From positions 1-64,000 of the IMG/VR virus record IMGVR_UViG_2718217648_000002: a stretch of 64,000 nt of DNA; one strand, given 5' to 3'. The translations under genes and the position numbers were made by a program. The DNA is from an uncultured virus (IMG/VR IMGVR_UViG_2718217648_000002) (taxonomy: Duplodnaviria > Heunggongvirae > Uroviricota > Caudoviricetes). Within the stretch, counting starts at the first letter, position 1; every line of letters begins with the position of its first letter. The notes under the pieces were generated by a model that was given only the letters and a program-made list of their open reading frames with translations, was not told the DNA's origin and ran no database searches. Shown piece after piece: positions 61,698-64,000 of the stretch.

Positions 61698-61913
61698 ATG
61701 CCTGTTATCGATACCTTTTTTGTTATTCAATTTGAAAATGATGATTACTTCAAGTCATTTAAATTAGATGGAAGTGGTTATAAGACATCTAAGGGACTTC
61801 ATGGCGCTTCTAAGTTCATTACAATGTCAGAAGCTTTAATGATAGCAAACGAGCTGCGTACAGAGTTTAATGTCACTTCTGCCATTAGACAAATCGAAGT
61901 TATTACTAGGTGA
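61698..61913 (+). CDS. yopF: YopF-like protein
   Basis: 71 aa, synteny. Confidence 0.7.
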   Translation: MPVIDTFFVIQFENDDYFKSFKLDGSGYKTSKGLHGASKFITMSEALMIANELRTEFNVTSAIRQIEVITR

Positions 61914-61925
61914 TGGGGTGTTCAG

Positions 61926-62057
61926 GTGTACTGGATTGAATGGATTGAGGATGGGGAGAAGAAAAGTATTGTTGTGGACGGCTGGGTTGAATGGGCCACA
62001 ATCCTGGAAGACCTTTATCAGCAGCGGTTTGAGTATGTTGAATGGAAGCGGCTTTAA
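61926..62057 (+). CDS. yopG: YopG-like 43 aa Trp-rich peptide
   Basis: Hand translation MYWIEWIEDGEKKSIVVDGWVEWATILEDLYQQRFEYVEWKRL. Confidence 0.7.
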   Translation: MYWIEWIEDGEKKSIVVDGWVEWATILEDLYQQRFEYVEWKRL

Positions 62058-62127
62058 AAGTGTTGACAGAAATAAAAATACAACTGATGAGACATAAGAA
62101 CCTGAAAAGTTACTAGGGGGCATTTTT

Positions 62128-62817
62128 TTGGACAGCAGAAGTAAGATGAGATATATGCCAATTGAAGATTTTCCAAAGAAAGCTTATAAATACATGGAAG
62201 CGAAATGGTTGAAAAAATTAATGAGGGACAAGAAACTTTTTGTAAATCACCTTAATAACTATCCAGAGTCAAGCTTAGGTGCGGATGTTGGAGATGACCA
62301 AGAAGGTGTAGCAAACAGACATTTAAACATTAAAAAATATAAAACAGGAGACCATAATCCACACCTTCACAATGAACTACAAGAATGGTTTCCTGACTCA
62401 ATAGTTAGACTTGAAGATGTGTCATTTCAAACCTCAATAATAAATAAAAATTTTTATGTTTATTGTTTAACTTTCAATTATGATAAAAATATTATGAGAA
62501 AGTTTGGAGGTTCAGTAATGGTAATTAATGATTTTCCAAGTTTCGCATATTGGGTACACAATAAAATGAAAAAAAGAAATTGTGCCTTATATGCTGCGAA
62601 TAATTGCATATATAGAGATTCAAGGAGCATTACTTTTAATGAGGAAAACACTGATTTTTATTTGGTGCCAGGCCTTATTAAAGATAGTAAGCATTCTGAA
62701 CAAGAAGAGTTTAGATTTCTTTGGAGGAAAAACGATAATTCTTTAATAAACAGACCAATTAATGATCTTTATGTACCAGAAGCATTAAAGTTTTGCTCCT
62801 TTGAAATTAATGAATAA
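62128..62817 (+). CDS. Hypothetical AT-rich accessory protein
   Basis: 229 aa ORF in variable slot before aimR; start uncertain. Confidence 0.65.
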   Translation: MDSRSKMRYMPIEDFPKKAYKYMEAKWLKKLMRDKKLFVNHLNNYPESSLGADVGDDQEGVANRHLNIKKYKTGDHNPHLHNELQEWFPDSIVRLEDVSFQTSIINKNFYVYCLTFNYDKNIMRKFGGSVMVINDFPSFAYWVHNKMKKRNCALYAANNCIYRDSRSITFNEENTDFYLVPGLIKDSKHSEQEEFRFLWRKNDNSLINRPINDLYVPEALKFCSFEINE

Positions 62818-62921
62818 AACTTTATATTGTTTTTATGGTTTACATACTACGTTCAATTATACGTATTGAATTTGCAAACTTTTTAAATGTATTTATAATC
62901 TTCTTTAAGGAGTTGATTTAA

Positions 62922-63332
62922 ATGAATTGGGTATCTTACCCCTCAATTTTACACTATGCTAATGATGGTATTACAGTAACCTTCCCAGACCTTCCTGGTT
63001 GTATAACTTGTGGAGAAAATGATACAGAAGCAATTAGCATGGCTAAAGAAGCTTTAGGTCTTCATTTATACGGGTTGGAAATGGACGGAGAGAAGTATCC
63101 TAGTCCCTCACCGTTTTCGGAAATTAAGACAGGGGAAAACGAAGTTGTGTGTTTGATTGATGTGCCTATGCATGCATTTCGTGATGAGTATAGGCGTAAA
63201 TCAATTAAGAAAACATTAACTATTCCGGCTTGGTTAAATGAAGTGGCTGAAGAAAAGAACATTAATTTTTCCCAGGTGCTGCAGGATGCATTAAAAGATA
63301 AACTAGGACTAAATATCTTTAAGGCACAGTAA
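62922..63332 (+). CDS. hicB: HicB-family antitoxin, no adjacent hicA
   Basis: VTFPDLPGCITCG...EA..MAKEAL, KKTLTIPAWL...INFSQVLQ.AL. Confidence 0.9.
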   Translation: MNWVSYPSILHYANDGITVTFPDLPGCITCGENDTEAISMAKEALGLHLYGLEMDGEKYPSPSPFSEIKTGENEVVCLIDVPMHAFRDEYRRKSIKKTLTIPAWLNEVAEEKNINFSQVLQDALKDKLGLNIFKAQ

Positions 63333-63494
63333 GGATTCTTATTGTGCCGGTTCATATAAAATACGAATTTTAAACAGATAAGGGTTCCTTAAAAAATAAT
63401 TAGAATAAAAATAAAATAAATACTTGTAATTCTGACAACTCTAATGTATATTATAAACAAAGGGAACATTAGTTGGGAAGGGGTGTAGTAACCA

Positions 63495-64000
63495 ATGAAT
63501 CTTAAGCAGATGATTAAGAATGAATGTGAAAAAGACAACCAGCTCGCAGCGAAACTCTCAAAAATAGCAGGGTACAAAAAGGTTAATGGTTTTTACAAAT
63601 TCATCAACACCCCAGAGAAAGAAATGGACAACTTAGGCGGTTTAATTAATATTGTTAAAAGCTTGTTTCCTGATAATGAGGAGCAGCTTCTAAGTGATTA
63701 CTTCTTATCACTGGATCCCAACAAAAAATGTGCCAGACAATCTGTTGAATACTCAGATATTAATCAATGGGATACGTTAACAGACAAGATAGTGTCGAGG
63801 CTATCTAGCTCAAAAAACCTAGCAAGTCAAGAATGGGGCAATATATACAGTATACATAGAAGATTGAGCGAAAGTAAGATAAGTTTAACTGATGCAATAA
63901 GAGCAACCGGAAAGTGCAAAACAGATGAAATGTTATTTTTCTCAAATGCTATGCTGATGTATGAGTATTTGAAGGTAGGCGAATTTGGATTGATGAAAAG
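63495..64000 (+). CDS. aimR: Arbitrium receptor AimR, phi3T-like (5' part, runs off window)
   Basis: Hand translation MNLKQMIKNECEKDNQLAAKLSKIAGYKKVNGFYKFINTPEKEMDNLGGL...LDPNKKCARQSVEY. Confidence 0.92.
   Translation, partial: MNLKQMIKNECEKDNQLAAKLSKIAGYKKVNGFYKFINTPEKEMDNLGGLINIVKSLFPDNEEQLLSDYFLSLDPNKKCARQSVEYSDINQWDTLTDKIVSRLSSSKNLASQEWGNIYSIHRRLSESKISLTDAIRATGKCKTDEMLFFSNAMLMYEYLKVGEFGLMK

Larger units (their letters stand above)
1..64000. mobile_element. SPbeta/phi3T-like Bacillus prophage, internal segment (lysis-tail-head-YonO-early accessory-aimR); ends lie outside the window
   Basis: Gene order and sizes follow SPbeta yom/yon/yop synteny: blyA, cwlP, yomM, terminase, yonJK, HU, yonO, yonT, yonV, yopEFG, aimR. 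Confidence 0.97.

Noticed and set aside
61870..62123. 75-aa plus and 95-aa minus ORFs
   Set aside because: Overlap yopF/yopG, whose frames fit better

Overview
The whole window is the central part of a large SPbeta/phi3T-like temperate phage (prophage) of a Bacillus subtilis-group host; no host genes or att sites are visible. Left arm (1-44.5 kb, minus strand): Rap-Phr signalling pair, lysis cassette, tail module (pre-neck appendage/tail spike, GH113-fused tail protein, CwlP tape measure), YomM tyrosine recombinase, head module, intein-interrupted large terminase, a ~2 kb hairpin-dense non-coding region with an anticodon-less tRNA-like element, phage HU and the single-subunit RNA polymerase YonO. 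Right arm (44.5-64 kb, mostly plus strand): winged-helix plus TubZ/FtsZ-like tubulin operon, a strand-skewed ~0.9 kb non-coding block, the YonT/YoyJ/SR6 type I toxin-antitoxin locus, YonV, a large protein plus adenine methyltransferase pair, many accessory genes (acyltransferase-3, proteasome-like Ntn hydrolase, orphan HicB) and the 5' part of arbitrium receptor aimR. Three dispersed DNA motifs were read directly: an oriented TAAAA-N6-TTTTA element at gene boundaries, a TGATCA-N7-TGATCA operator on sigmaA promoters, and an RTAAAAATAAAAT box. SPbeta names come from recalled sequence features, size and synteny, not database searches.
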